A program made the translations under genes and the position numbers. Below, piece by piece: positions 31,401-38,926 of a DNA stretch of 64,000 bases. Origin of the DNA: an uncultured delta proteobacterium (lineage in GTDB: Bacteria > Myxococcota > Myxococcia > Myxococcales > Myxococcaceae); NCBI GenBank assembly GCA_963771175.1, contig CAVYSY010000039.1, positions 1-64,000 on the forward strand, read 5' to 3'. Numbering within the stretch: the stretch's first letter is position 1; every line of letters begins with the position of its first letter. A model generated the notes under the pieces. The model was not told the origin of the DNA. It searched no databases and was given only the letters and a program-made list of their open reading frames with translations.

Positions 31401-32186
31401 GAGGACCTGGCCTTCACGACCGGGCATGCCACCACCGTCGTCGCCGTGGTGCGCAGCGTCCTCGCCGCGACCGCCGCCGTGGGCCTGGACCTGTCCGAAG
31501 CGGAGGTGGCCTTCGTGGGAGTGGGCTCCATCGGCGCGGCGGCGGCGGAGCTGCTCCTCCGGGTCGCCGCACACCCGAGAAGCCTCATCCTCTGCGATCT
31601 GCCCCGAGCGGCACGTCGGATGGAGGAGGTGGCCACTCGCCTTCGCGAAGAATGCGGGTTCCGTGGCCGTATCGAGAGCGCACTGGCTTCCGGAGCCATC
31701 GCGGACGCCGTCTATCGCGCACGGCTCATCGTGGGCGCCGCGAGCACTCCGGGAGCGCTGGAGGTGGACCGGCTCGCGCCCGGCACCGTGCTCGTCGACG
31801 ATTCCTTCCCTTCTCTCGTCGACGTGCCAGCCGCGTGGGCACGGATGCGCACGCGCGGGGACGTCCTCATCGTCGGAGGGGGCCTACTGGATTGCGGTGC
31901 CGTCACCCGTACGGTGGATGACACCGCCATCCCCTCGGGGCTCCGTCCGACACTGTTGCGCGGCATCGCGCGCGCGGGCGTGGCGAGCTGCCAGCTCGAG
32001 CCGCTCCTCCGCCGGGCACATCCGGAGCTCCCGCCCGTCTCCGGGCCGGTGGATGCAGCCACCGCCCACCACTACTGGCGGGTCGCACTGGCGTCGGGCA
32101 TCGAGGCCGCGCCGCTCCATCTCGGAACCGAGCTCATTCCGGACAACGTGCTCGCGGCGCTCATGGGACGCAGGCGCACGGGGTAG
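22434..32186 (+). CDS. Hybrid AT-less PKS-NRPS: KS-DH-KR-ACP-C-A-PCP-C-(AAR/COG5322-like reductase)
   Basis: KS DTACSSS/HGTGT/GHLL, no GHSxG AT, DH HVVHGVHLLPG/HPALLD, KR TGGAEGLG/DYVAAN, ACP GLDSL, C HHLIAD, A FTSGSTGRPKG/YGPTE/YRTGD, PCP GGDSM, C DHIIGD, terminal TTGH/VGVGSIG/SCQLE. The ORF track starts at TTG 22431; ATG is at 22434. Confidence 0.9.
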   Translation: MMPSQSGPIAIVASACRLPDAATPEAFWNNLIAERISMRSPPEGRWPDHPDARVGSFLDDVRGFDAAFFGMKGGEAEFTDPQQRLLLETAHEALERAGFAGPRRRNRRTGVFVGVGQSDYQEGILRLLWAGVPVHPSAAVGNLRNLIPSRVSHVLDLSGPSLAIDTACSSSLVALHLACESLNRGECELALAGGITLNLTPTVFTVLSRAGALSPSGSIRPFARDADGIVLGEGLGVVVLERLDDALRRHAPILAVVRGSALNNDGRTFNPMAPNPARQIAVMREAWQRAGLDPASASYLEAHGTGTRVGDSIEARSVSAVFGRPGTNEPLGMGSVKGNVGHLLSAAGMASLLKVVSALQHRTLPASVHAGSAAPEHGLTSAGIALVDSPRPWSGPEPLRAGINGFGFGGTNAHVILEEPPERPPRPRSPGTRPLLWMVSARTDTALRTTARNLASWLRENPEVDLSDAALSASVSRDPGPHRLALVGAERVPERLETWAAGTPAEVLHGVVPDRVARRKARNGASLEGASAEVAASAFVEGEAFDRLAWDEEPDREHVPVPTYPFEHRPWWVPDAPPATASASRRIEHPLLVDELELTMDRAVLLARIVPDDPLVSEHVVHGVHLLPGAACIELMRAAARHALGTEPAGLAEVTFARPVRVDDEACTVRVGVERRGDDLEVSLSDEDGGVLARAKVLRTKRAPATAPGSDEPRTRGFEPSALYEGLRERGMDHGASLRAVRAIELGERTARAELSLPEEARGRAFGVHPALLDSAMQPIAALLLAHTREREGLYVPMHVEQVELLGPIPDRCAALVTLNGDPRAPGDVVQCEVEIRVGNEPRLRLRGLRLRRVTAEALQGTERDVRAWMREVVWREAPPEQSQPPRGRWVVVPAAHPASPQVARRLRDAGATCERVDPSELKAALARGETEGVVFLGPTGKATQPPDVASFDQAQRDGALALLAVARTCDALDRDRRPARLLVVTAGATDGRAPERATVVGLGHALEDELPGSRCRVVDVDVTASEESLADVVLTESSCVAPESDRVIRWRQGLRERRTVEPIAHAGERAHEPRENGVYLVTGGAEGLGHAVAQRLARAGRTLVLVGRKPLEQAPERAARIEALRASGAAVTYIACDVADPDGVAGLIARIVLDHGALHGVVHAAGVASPGRIGGREDAAFARVLGPKVRGTWLLWRELERRRIRPDFFALFSSMSASWPGLGGGLGDYVAANAYLDAFALARRAEDLPFTSVAWSVWSETGMGAEPTLVRAMEARGLPAIPTRQGVDAFLRVLELGRAHVVVAPVGPRAATSVATTTVSRPPPAMTSVVEELRALVAKALDVDPGEVATDRSFLAMGLDSLNALDLAKGLSDRYRVELPPTLFFEQPTIDALAEYLRKAKGDAAPPSTPAHVAATEAPLSPVQKAFWVQQRLHPDVPVFSFVRQTVRGRLSVDALRKAAGAVARRHPLLRASVAVTTQGEPVQRISEAVEARIIDHGEVVDVEALADGIVNTPFELSRPPLWRVDVARDAAADATHVLLCAHHLIADAWSLQVLATDLWRAYAAAASGHALPDWPEAPGFFDALDVRRPRLDADLAWWRERLAEAPALRLPFDGDPLAPPEPPILSVLRRLGPEQTRAFVATAAAADVSVFHLSLAVHARCLARWSGADEVIVNVARARRELRVPGIEQVVGCFADTLPLRIRLEPGESLALLAKRARDALLELERHASPTSIEIARVLPGDVGSPRVASATSYSYARFPLSLPPELPELLALAGRTATPATRLGLAVWEFQGALCFAWSFPERVLRKDTVERFADEHLRAHVDAGSTAQAPSVPERIFTRLQETPERVALREGDRSLTRGELDQRSARVAAALAERGIGPGSVVALLSDQNAEGITGLLGILRTGAAWLPLDPEHPPARLLLQLERAGARVCLYAGGAASTAAGLTGTVTTLAIEQQVEPGAIAPPVRVGDEALAYIIFTSGSTGRPKGVPITHGSMRGYLEWALEAFGYGAEDVLLGTSSLCFDASVRQVLAPLVAGATLVCCPRTLARDPERLLETVDRERATVLSTVPSLLARLLRYDLRPLERLRWLKVGGEALPPGLIRTLHDRLGRAPPVVNLYGPTETTINATWHVVASRPPEDVERIPIGRPIGGATVHVLAEDGTPCAPGVPGELHVGGRGLSSGYLGEPELTRRVFIQGAGGGRLYRTGDRVVLREDGTIDFLGRVDDQLKVHGHRIEPGEIEAVLARHPAVALAVVRAVGDASERRLEAWIQFRDAPPTEDALRDVLREHLPEAMWPKHFHMLDALPTTVTGKVDRAALEALSGAAPARTVRGGPPRTATEQRIAEAFARVLSRAEVGRDDDFFELGGDSMAILEVFTRLQAMNLRLPRPATLYTARTVRALAEAIDAHAARREPESVATQTADAEGTWFPLSPAQRGFLVARAGDPDGSVRWSARLLLEGDLDPTLFREVLGRLVGRHPMLRTVVDMSRRPPAQRVLGPGEPPLTFVDPCAPDELDRLFAEARRRNFDPEKAPPIELHLCRVAPDRHVLIVAADHIIGDALSGWMLVRELLQAYDALARGAAPSLPPLRSTFRDYVTYLEDRAAARDDATFWSRTFAEPYVPPRTWYRPEGTTPARDEVTLSAERVEALRASAARRGGTLFELVLAAWTFALRRLTGQDELVIGTALSGRDAPLPDVHRVFGPFATAVPLRLRCAESTPLEVLEAVRGVVADARAHALTPGEIARAVPGGLPIEVAAGTQFFFTFMDFEAFGSLESERLRVHWEDSGTEGHVPRGVDLQLAARRLGGALRLSFHAAPTALGSRGLERVRADVLDALDAFAGEPGAESRSPGRPEVRFGPIDVGALDAALVGYLPAPEEAARAVGLASVPGLREVLRNQLFPNGSPRWLERIETPLGASGLLCLPLFADELGASTPEALAERVTEAVLLARRAGVRAFSLAGMLPAYTGFGREVLHRLAQQDGAPEDLAFTTGHATTVVAVVRSVLAATAAVGLDLSEAEVAFVGVGSIGAAAAELLLRVAAHPRSLILCDLPRAARRMEEVATRLREECGFRGRIESALASGAIADAVYRARLIVGAASTPGALEVDRLAPGTVLVDDSFPSLVDVPAAWARMRTRGDVLIVGGGLLDCGAVTRTVDDTAIPSGLRPTLLRGIARAGVASCQLEPLLRRAHPELPPVSGPVDAATAHHYWRVALASGIEAAPLHLGTELIPDNVLAALMGRRRTG

Positions 32187-32191
32187 CCGCC

Positions 32192-32224
32192 AAAAGAAAA
32201 ACGGGAGCGTCTCCGCTCCCGTTT
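32192..32224 (-). terminator. Rho-independent terminator between convergent genes
   Basis: Hairpin AAACGGGAGCG-TCTC-CGCTCCCGTTT (32199-32224), followed by a T-rich tract on the minus strand. May be bidirectional. Confidence 0.75.
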
Positions 32225-32247
32225 CCCTCACCCAGCTATTTCGAGAA

Positions 32248-33357
32248 TCACTGCAGGAACGGCGTGTTCTCGGCGAAGTACTCGTGGCTGTCCGCGTTGT
32301 CGAGCGCGTTGGTGGGGTTGGTGAGCGCCAGGTTCTTGGCGCCGGCCTGACCGTAGACGTGGTCATCCGTGCCGGCCACCGCCGTGAAGTGGCTCATCTC
32401 GTGGATGAGGGTGCCACCCTTCGAGTCGGTGCCCGTCATCGGCGCGGACCAGAACGCGCTGCACACGTAGATGATGTACGGCTTGGCCGGGTAGACGTAC
32501 GCGTAGTAGTTCTTCTTGCAGCTGCAATCGACCGTGATCGGCTTGGTGTCGAAGGCGTCCTTGATGGCGACGAAGTGGGTCTGCGCCGTGCTCCAGCCGC
32601 TGCTCGAGAAGGCGCCGAACCAGGTGGAGTAGCGCTGCGTGCCGGACGGGGTGGTGTTGGTCAGGTAGGCGTTGGAATCATCCGCCATGGCCGAGGCGGC
32701 GTTCAGCGCGTCCATGATCGTGGCCTGCTGCGTGGTGGAGCACCGGCCGGAGAACGACACGCTGCTGGTGAGCTGGGCGACCGGCCCATCCGAGGGGACC
32801 TTGCTCGCGCGGCCCTCGATCCACAGGCTCACGTCGTTGGACTTGAGCAGACCCGTCCTGGCGCTGGAGCCGTGCGCCTGCGCCGCGTCCACCTCGAAGC
32901 GGATGCTGTAGTTGCCGCTCTGCGACAGGTCATACAGACCCAGGTCCACCGTCTTCGTCAGGCTCTCGCCAGGGGCCAGGGTGAGGAAGTCGTCCGAGCG
33001 CGCCGCGGGACGCTTGTAGTGGGGGCCCTCGAAGGCCACGGACTGGCCACTGCGGGTCACCACGAACAACGACTCCTCCAGCTCCTCGGAAGGCGCGTAC
33101 CACTTGAGCAGGCTCACCGGGTGACGCGAGGTGTTGGTGAGGGTGACCGTCACGGCCGCGCTCTCGTTGGCACCGATGACAGAGGCCTTGGCGGACAGGC
33201 TCACCGCCACATCCCCCTTCTCACGCAGCTCCTGAGCCTCAGTGGAGAGCTCATCGCCGGTCGAGCCCACGTCACCCGGCGCACCGCACGCGCCGAGGAG
33301 GGACACGCTGGCGAGGCCAGCCAACCACTTGAAATTGCCACGAAGGGTCTTGCTCAT
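32248..33357 (-). CDS. M35-family (deuterolysin / peptidyl-Lys-like) metalloendopeptidase lipoprotein with propeptide
   Basis: Lipobox LLGAC, HEMSH, GTDD, NADSHE. Start MSKTLR preceded by AAGGAAG. Confidence 0.9.
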   Translation of the reverse strand: MSKTLRGNFKWLAGLASVSLLGACGAPGDVGSTGDELSTEAQELREKGDVAVSLSAKASVIGANESAAVTVTLTNTSRHPVSLLKWYAPSEELEESLFVVTRSGQSVAFEGPHYKRPAARSDDFLTLAPGESLTKTVDLGLYDLSQSGNYSIRFEVDAAQAHGSSARTGLLKSNDVSLWIEGRASKVPSDGPVAQLTSSVSFSGRCSTTQQATIMDALNAASAMADDSNAYLTNTTPSGTQRYSTWFGAFSSSGWSTAQTHFVAIKDAFDTKPITVDCSCKKNYYAYVYPAKPYIIYVCSAFWSAPMTGTDSKGGTLIHEMSHFTAVAGTDDHVYGQAGAKNLALTNPTNALDNADSHEYFAENTPFLQ

Positions 33358-33689
33358 GTCGCGGACTTCCTTTGCTGGGGGGACCGGCGATTCGGCTCGT
33401 TCCCGGGCGATGCCGTCCGGGCACGAACTGACCATCAGCAAGACTCAGGCCAGTTGCCGGCTTTCGAGGAAATGCGGAGTTACGAGACGCCCCACCCGCT
33501 CCGGGGAGCATCGAGGCTCCACCACCGGGACGCCGGAATGTAAAGAGTCGACACGGTCGTTGGGCCATTCCTCAGTAAAATCAAGGACATTGGCTGATGC
33601 ACGAAACCGTCCGAAAACAGGACAGCGACTGTCCTCATTGAGGTCACCCAGCCCATGGTGGCGCAGAGCCTCGGGAAGGGGCACGCCCC

Positions 33690-33960
33690 AAACAAACACA
33701 TATCAATTCACATGTCGTTTGATTATCTTGATATTAATTGCCATTGCCATTGTCATTGCATCATACACAACACACAATTGCTACCAAGAACAAGGAGGAT
33801 AATCACAAGCAACGCAAAATGACGAGCGATTGACTAAGCAAGACAAAACACATATCAACCAACAGCAACTACGGCAAGCCGGACAAAAGCAAACACAATC
33901 AAACACAAAGCCGTGTCAATTGCTCTCGCAGCTACAAAGACAAACAATACGCCAACGTGA
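33690..33960. promoter_or_regulatory. AT-rich intergenic tract with repeated AAACACA(T)ATCAA motifs
   Basis: Exact 13-mer AAACACATATCAA at 33694 and 33846, a variant at 33891-33910, and tandem ATTGCC/ATTGTC at about 33737-33760. Confidence 0.45.
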
Positions 33961-34355
33961 ATAGTGAGAGTCATTGAAGGACATACGGATATGCTCTCAC
34001 TGTAATGGGGTTTTGTCGTCAAATGTAGGCATGATGAGGCCTGTTCTGGCAGTGGTGGCAAGGTGTGGATATGTAGGCACGATATCCGTCCTACTTCAGG
34101 AGTTGAGGGGCTGGGGGACGGTGGAGGCGGTTGTCGCGGCCTGGACGTGCTCGTCAATCCGCGGGCATCACCCAGGTGCCGCCCGCTTCAACGCTACCCA
34201 GGGGGCGCCCTGTGCCCTCGTCCGCTCGCTCGCCAAGGGGTTGGGGAACTCCACAATACGTACAAGGTGGGGCCGCGCTGCCGGTCAACGGCGGACTGTG
34301 ATGGAATTGGCGGGAGTCCCTGGAGGGACTCCGAGGCAACACGAATAGGAGCACC

Positions 34356-35402
34356 ATGCGCGCCACCATCTTTCGCGGGGGAGACCTCGTCGTCGACACC
34401 CTGCCCGATCCGGTCCCTGGCACGGGGCAGGTGCTCGTCAAATCCCTGGCCTGCGGCATCTGCGGGTCGGACCTTCACACCGTCAAACACCCGCGGCTCT
34501 TCATCGAGGCGATGCAGCACGCGGGAGCCCCGGACATCATCGACACCTCGCGCGACGTGGTGTTGGGCCATGAGTTCTGCGCGGAGGTGCTCGACTACGG
34601 TCCCGAGACCAACCGCCGGCTGATGCCCGGCACGCGCGTGACCTGCATTCCGCTGACGATCGGCGCGGAGGGAGTGCGCTCCATCGGCTACTCGAACGCA
34701 CTGCCGGGCGGCTTCGCGCAGAAGATGCTGCTGGACGAGGCACTCCTGCTCGAGGTGCCGAACGGGCTGCCCACCGAGCACGCCGCCCTGGTCGAGCCCA
34801 TGGCCGTGGGCGTGCACGCGGTGGAGAAGGCGGAGTTCCGGGGCGGAGAGGTGCCACTCGTCATCGGCTGCGGCGCGGTGGGGTTGGCGGTCATCGCGGC
34901 CCTGAAGCTCAAGGGGGTGCACCCCATCATCGCCGCGGATTACTCGCGCACCCGCCGAGCGATGGCGGAGAAGATGGGGGTGGATGTCGTCATCGATCCC
35001 GCCGAGTACTCTCCCTACAAGCTCTGGGAGAAGCACGCGGCGGGCGGGAGTCCGGGCAGCCTCAAGCCAGCGGTGATCTTCGAGTGCGTGGGCGTGCCGG
35101 GCATCCTCCAGCAGGTGTTCCAGGGAGCACCGCCGTCCGCGCGCATCGTCGTGGTGGGCGTGTGCATGGGGATGGACCAGATCGAGCCGATGCTGGCCCT
35201 GTACAAGGATCTGCGGATCCAGTTCTCCCTGGCTTACACGCCCGATGAGTTCGCCCGCACCCTTCGCCACGTGGCCGAGGGGGAGATCGACGTGGCACCG
35301 CTCATCACCGCCCGTGTGGGGCTGGAGGGGGTGAAGCAGGCCTTCGACGATCTGGGCAACCCGGATCGGCACGCGAAGATCCTGGTGGACCCCTGGCGAT
35401 GA
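34356..35402 (+). CDS. Zinc-binding (MDR-family) dehydrogenase
   Basis: CGICGSDLH, LGHEFC and GCGAVG motifs. AGGAG RBS. Confidence 0.9.
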   Translation: MRATIFRGGDLVVDTLPDPVPGTGQVLVKSLACGICGSDLHTVKHPRLFIEAMQHAGAPDIIDTSRDVVLGHEFCAEVLDYGPETNRRLMPGTRVTCIPLTIGAEGVRSIGYSNALPGGFAQKMLLDEALLLEVPNGLPTEHAALVEPMAVGVHAVEKAEFRGGEVPLVIGCGAVGLAVIAALKLKGVHPIIAADYSRTRRAMAEKMGVDVVIDPAEYSPYKLWEKHAAGGSPGSLKPAVIFECVGVPGILQQVFQGAPPSARIVVVGVCMGMDQIEPMLALYKDLRIQFSLAYTPDEFARTLRHVAEGEIDVAPLITARVGLEGVKQAFDDLGNPDRHAKILVDPWR

Positions 35403-35425
35403 CACAGTGGTAGCGTGACGAGCCC

Positions 35426-36796
35426 ATGAGCGTGAATCTGATGCGCGAGCTCGCGGCCGTGCTGCCGCCCGAGGCCCTCGTCATCGATCCCGACGTGCTC
35501 GAAGCGCACCGCCGCGATCAGGCGGGGTGGGCCGTGGCCGGTATCCCGCGAGTCCTCGTCCGTCCGGCCTCGACCGCCGAGGTGCAGGCCGTGCTCCGCG
35601 TCGCGGCGGCCCACCGCGTGCCAGTGGTCGCTCGTGGAGCGGGTTCGGGACTGTCGGGCGGCGCGAACGCCGTGGATGGCTGCATCGTGCTCTCGCTCGC
35701 GCGGATGAACCGCGTGCTGGAAATAGACCGGCAAGGCATGTACGCCGTCGTCCAGCCGGGCGTCATCAACGCCACGGTCAAGGTGGCCGCGGCGGAGCAC
35801 GGACTCTGGTACGCGCCGGACCCCGCGAGCTGGGAGTTCTCGTCGATCGGCGGAAACGTCGCGACCAATGCCGGGGGCCTGTGCTGTGTGAAGTACGGCG
35901 TGACCGGGGATGCCGTGCTCGGGCTCGAGGCCGTGCTCGCGGATGGCTCCGTCGTCCGCACCGGCGGCCGCACGGTCAAGAACGTCGCCGGCTATGACCT
36001 CACCCGGCTGTTCGTCGGCTCCGAGGGCACGCTCGGCATCGTCACCGAAGTCACGCTGAAGCTGCGGCCCCGTCCGCCCCCGGCGACGACGCTGGTGGCC
36101 TCTTTCCCGACGCTCGTCGGGGCCGGTGCGGCGGTCATGGAGATCATGGCCAATACACGGCCCTCGCTCCTGGAGTTGATGGACCGCACGACGGTGCGCG
36201 CCGTCGAGGCCTTCAGGCCCTTGGGGCTGGACGTCGAGTCCGCGGCGCTCCTGCTGGCACGCTCCGATGCCGGGGGCGATCAGGGCGTGGCGGAGTGTGC
36301 GCGGATGGTGGCCGCCTGTGAGGCCGCCGGAGCGACCTTCGTCGCGCACTCCGCCGACGAGGCCGAGGGCGAGCTGTTGATCGTCGCGCGCCGGCTCGCC
36401 TTCCCCGCCTTGGAGCGGCAGGGCGCGACCCTGCTCGACGACGTGGGCGTGCCGCTCTCGCGCATCGCGGAGCTGCTCGCGGCCGTCGAGCGCATCGCCG
36501 AGCAGCGCGGCGTGCTCATCGGCACGTTCGGGCATGCCGGCGATGGGAACATGCACCCCACCCTCGTCTTCGACCGGGACGACCCGGACGCGGTGGCGCG
36601 GGCGAAGGCGGCGTTCGACGACATCCTGCGCGTGGTGCTCGACCTGGGAGGGACCATCACCGGCGAGCACGGAGTTGGCACACTCAAGCGCCCGTTCCTC
36701 GCCGCGCAGCTCGGTCCCGAGTCCATGCGGCTCCACCGCGCCATCAAGGATGCCCTCGACCCGCTCGGCATCCTCAACCCCGGCAAGCTGCTCTGA
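35426..36796 (+). CDS. FAD-linked oxidase, GlcD / D-lactate dehydrogenase family
   Basis: [43 protein letters not shown] and NPGK motifs. Confidence 0.9.
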   Translation: MSVNLMRELAAVLPPEALVIDPDVLEAHRRDQAGWAVAGIPRVLVRPASTAEVQAVLRVAAAHRVPVVARGAGSGLSGGANAVDGCIVLSLARMNRVLEIDRQGMYAVVQPGVINATVKVAAAEHGLWYAPDPASWEFSSIGGNVATNAGGLCCVKYGVTGDAVLGLEAVLADGSVVRTGGRTVKNVAGYDLTRLFVGSEGTLGIVTEVTLKLRPRPPPATTLVASFPTLVGAGAAVMEIMANTRPSLLELMDRTTVRAVEAFRPLGLDVESAALLLARSDAGGDQGVAECARMVAACEAAGATFVAHSADEAEGELLIVARRLAFPALERQGATLLDDVGVPLSRIAELLAAVERIAEQRGVLIGTFGHAGDGNMHPTLVFDRDDPDAVARAKAAFDDILRVVLDLGGTITGEHGVGTLKRPFLAAQLGPESMRLHRAIKDALDPLGILNPGKLL

Positions 36797-36807
36797 CGCC
36801 CTCCGGT

Positions 36808-38676
36808 TCACAAGGCCGCGGCGAACTTCGCGGCGATGGGCACGGCGACGCGGCCACCCACCCCTCCGCCCTCCACCAGGACGGCGAAGCCGATGCCCTT
36901 GCGAAAGCCGATGAACCACGCGTGCGTGGGCAGTGGGGTGCCACTTCCGAATTCGGCGGTGCCCGTCTTGCCGGCAAGCCCCGCCACGCCCACCGCCGCC
37001 CGGCCCGACCCATCGGTGACGACGGAGCGCATCAGGGCATTCAAGGGCACACGGGTGCCGGCCGCGAGCGAGGCGCTCGGGCCGTCATCGAGCTCGGCCA
37101 GGAGATAGGGCGCGCGCCACCTGCCCGATTCGGCCGCCGCGGCGACCGAGGCCATGTGCAGCGGCGTGGCCAGCACGCGCCCCTGCCCGATCGCGGCCGC
37201 CGCCAGCTCGGCCTCGTCCAGGGGCGGGGGAAACGAGGCGCCGGGGGACGGAAGCCCCACGCGGTACTCCATATCGAAGCCGAAGCGGCGAGCCGCGGCC
37301 CCGAGCGCGTCCGCGCCGAGTCTGGTGGCCAGCATCACGAAGGCGGTGTTGCACGAGTGGGCAAAGGCCAGGCGCAGGCGGGTGTCTCCGAATGCCTCGC
37401 CCTCGAAGTTGCGAAACAGCTTGCCGCCCACCGTCACCCCGGGTGGGCACGACACCGGGGCGTCCGCGCCCATCCCTCCGGCGAGCAGCGCCTCCGCCGT
37501 GACGACCTTGAACGTCGAGCCGGGCGGGTAACGTCCGGTGAGGGCCCGGTTCATCGGCTGATCGAGCGGTCGGCTGGCGACGGCCAGGATGGCGCCCGTA
37601 GCGGAGTCCACCGCGACGAGCGCCGCTGGCTGGACCACTCCCTCCAGCGCGGCCTCCGCGGCCGACTGCACCTCCGGGAGCAGCGTGGTGAGCAGTGGCA
37701 TCCCCGGCGTCCCCGCGAAACGGTGGAGGACGCGCACCTCGCCGGATGGACGGGTGAGGCGCACCTCGCCGGAGGGGCGCCCCGCGAGCTGCTGCTCATA
37801 CGCGAGTTCCAGCCCGGACAGGCCCACGGCATCTCCGCGCTGGTAGGTCGGGCCCAGTTGCGCGAGCAGCTCGGCCGTCACCTCCCCTACCCGGCCCAGG
37901 GTGTGCGCCGCGAATCCCTCCGCCGGAGAGAGCCAGGCGCTCTTGCGGCGGAAGAAGATGCCGGGCACGGGCGCCAACACCGGGCGCACCTGCTGGTAGC
38001 GCTCGGGCCGCACGTCGATGATGGGCACGAAGCGATCAGGCGCCACGCCCGGCGCGTTCAGCGCCTTCTCCAGCCGCGCCGGGTCGACGCCGAGCTGCGC
38101 CTGGAGCGCCGAGGCGACGGCGGCGCGACTCTGGATGCGCCGGGGCTCGACGCCAATGGTGATGACCTCGCCCTGCTGGGTGAGGGGCTGACCACGTCCG
38201 TCGAGAAGGGAGGCCCGCTCCGGGCGCGTCCTCGTGCGGGAGAAGCGGTCCCCAGCTCGCGCCCCGGGGTGCAGCACCGCTGGAGTCCAGCGCACCCACC
38301 AGCGCCCCTCGCGGCGCACGAGGAACAGCGAGCCGTCCACCTCCCACTCGCCCAGCCCGCGCAGCACATGGATGGCGCGGAAGGTGACCACGGCGCTCTC
38401 CGCCTCGCGCTCGACGTGGCCGAGCTCGAAGCGGGAAGAGACGATGCGCAGCTCGTCGCGGAAGCGCTGGTGCTGCTCCTCGAGGCTGGCCGGCGGCTCG
38501 GCTACCGCGCGCCGCAGGGCGGTGAAGTCGCCCTCGGCCCACGCTCGCAGGTAGGCCTGCGCCAGATCGAGCGGACCCTCCTCGGGCCGCACCTGTACGG
38601 AAACGCAGGCCGCCAGTAGCAAGGCAGCCGCGGCACTGACTCCAACCCTCAACCCTCGCCGTGACACGCGGCGCAC
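36808..38676 (-). CDS. Penicillin-binding transpeptidase with NTF2-like (MecA_N-type) N-terminus, probable lipoprotein
   Basis: PPGSTFK (SxxK), HSCN (SxN), GKTGT, GLSGLE. Lipobox LLAAC. GTG start is approximate. Confidence 0.85.
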   Translation of the reverse strand: MRRVSRRGLRVGVSAAAALLLAACVSVQVRPEEGPLDLAQAYLRAWAEGDFTALRRAVAEPPASLEEQHQRFRDELRIVSSRFELGHVEREAESAVVTFRAIHVLRGLGEWEVDGSLFLVRREGRWWVRWTPAVLHPGARAGDRFSRTRTRPERASLLDGRGQPLTQQGEVITIGVEPRRIQSRAAVASALQAQLGVDPARLEKALNAPGVAPDRFVPIIDVRPERYQQVRPVLAPVPGIFFRRKSAWLSPAEGFAAHTLGRVGEVTAELLAQLGPTYQRGDAVGLSGLELAYEQQLAGRPSGEVRLTRPSGEVRVLHRFAGTPGMPLLTTLLPEVQSAAEAALEGVVQPAALVAVDSATGAILAVASRPLDQPMNRALTGRYPPGSTFKVVTAEALLAGGMGADAPVSCPPGVTVGGKLFRNFEGEAFGDTRLRLAFAHSCNTAFVMLATRLGADALGAAARRFGFDMEYRVGLPSPGASFPPPLDEAELAAAAIGQGRVLATPLHMASVAAAAESGRWRAPYLLAELDDGPSASLAAGTRVPLNALMRSVVTDGSGRAAVGVAGLAGKTGTAEFGSGTPLPTHAWFIGFRKGIGFAVLVEGGGVGGRVAVPIAAKFAAAL

Positions 38677-38824
38677 TGTGATGCGGACAGGCGGCGAGTC
38701 AAGGAATCCGGCTGTCGAAATTTCCGGGCAGGGCGACGGGCTCGAAGAGGCACAACCCGGCAGCGTCGGTGCCGGCCGAGAGCGACCGTTGCATGGTCGA
38801 CAAGGCACCACAGACATTTCGCAT

Positions 38825-38842
38825 TTTGTAATGATTTACAAA
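38825..38842. promoter_or_regulatory. Palindromic operator-like site TTTGTAA-N4-TTACAAA
   Basis: Perfect 7-bp inverted repeat in an AT-rich patch between divergent genes. Confidence 0.45.
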
Positions 38843-38926
38843 GACTGAGTTGCTCGTGGCCATCTCCGTGAATTGCGAGTCTGGTTTTACGTCAAAGCAT
38901 TGAGCACGAATTCCACGAGGTGCCAC

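Noticed and set aside
30676..33543. 955-aa plus-strand ORF spanning the PKS-NRPS end and the M35 gene
   Set aside because: Off-frame, R/P/S-rich, and crosses a terminator and an antisense gene.
33690..33960. Possible CRISPR array or replication origin
   Set aside because: Repeats are only 13 bp, two to three copies and irregularly spaced. No cas, rep or dnaA genes and no DnaA boxes were seen.
33855..34348. Short ORFs in the AT-rich spacer (33855..34157 -, 33974..34348 + with a CxxC)
   Set aside because: No convincing RBS, codon bias or family motif.
36808..38676. PBP as a self-resistance gene for the adjacent BGC
   Set aside because: The neighbouring cluster is myxalamid-type (respiratory complex I inhibitor), and no beta-lactam biosynthesis genes are present.
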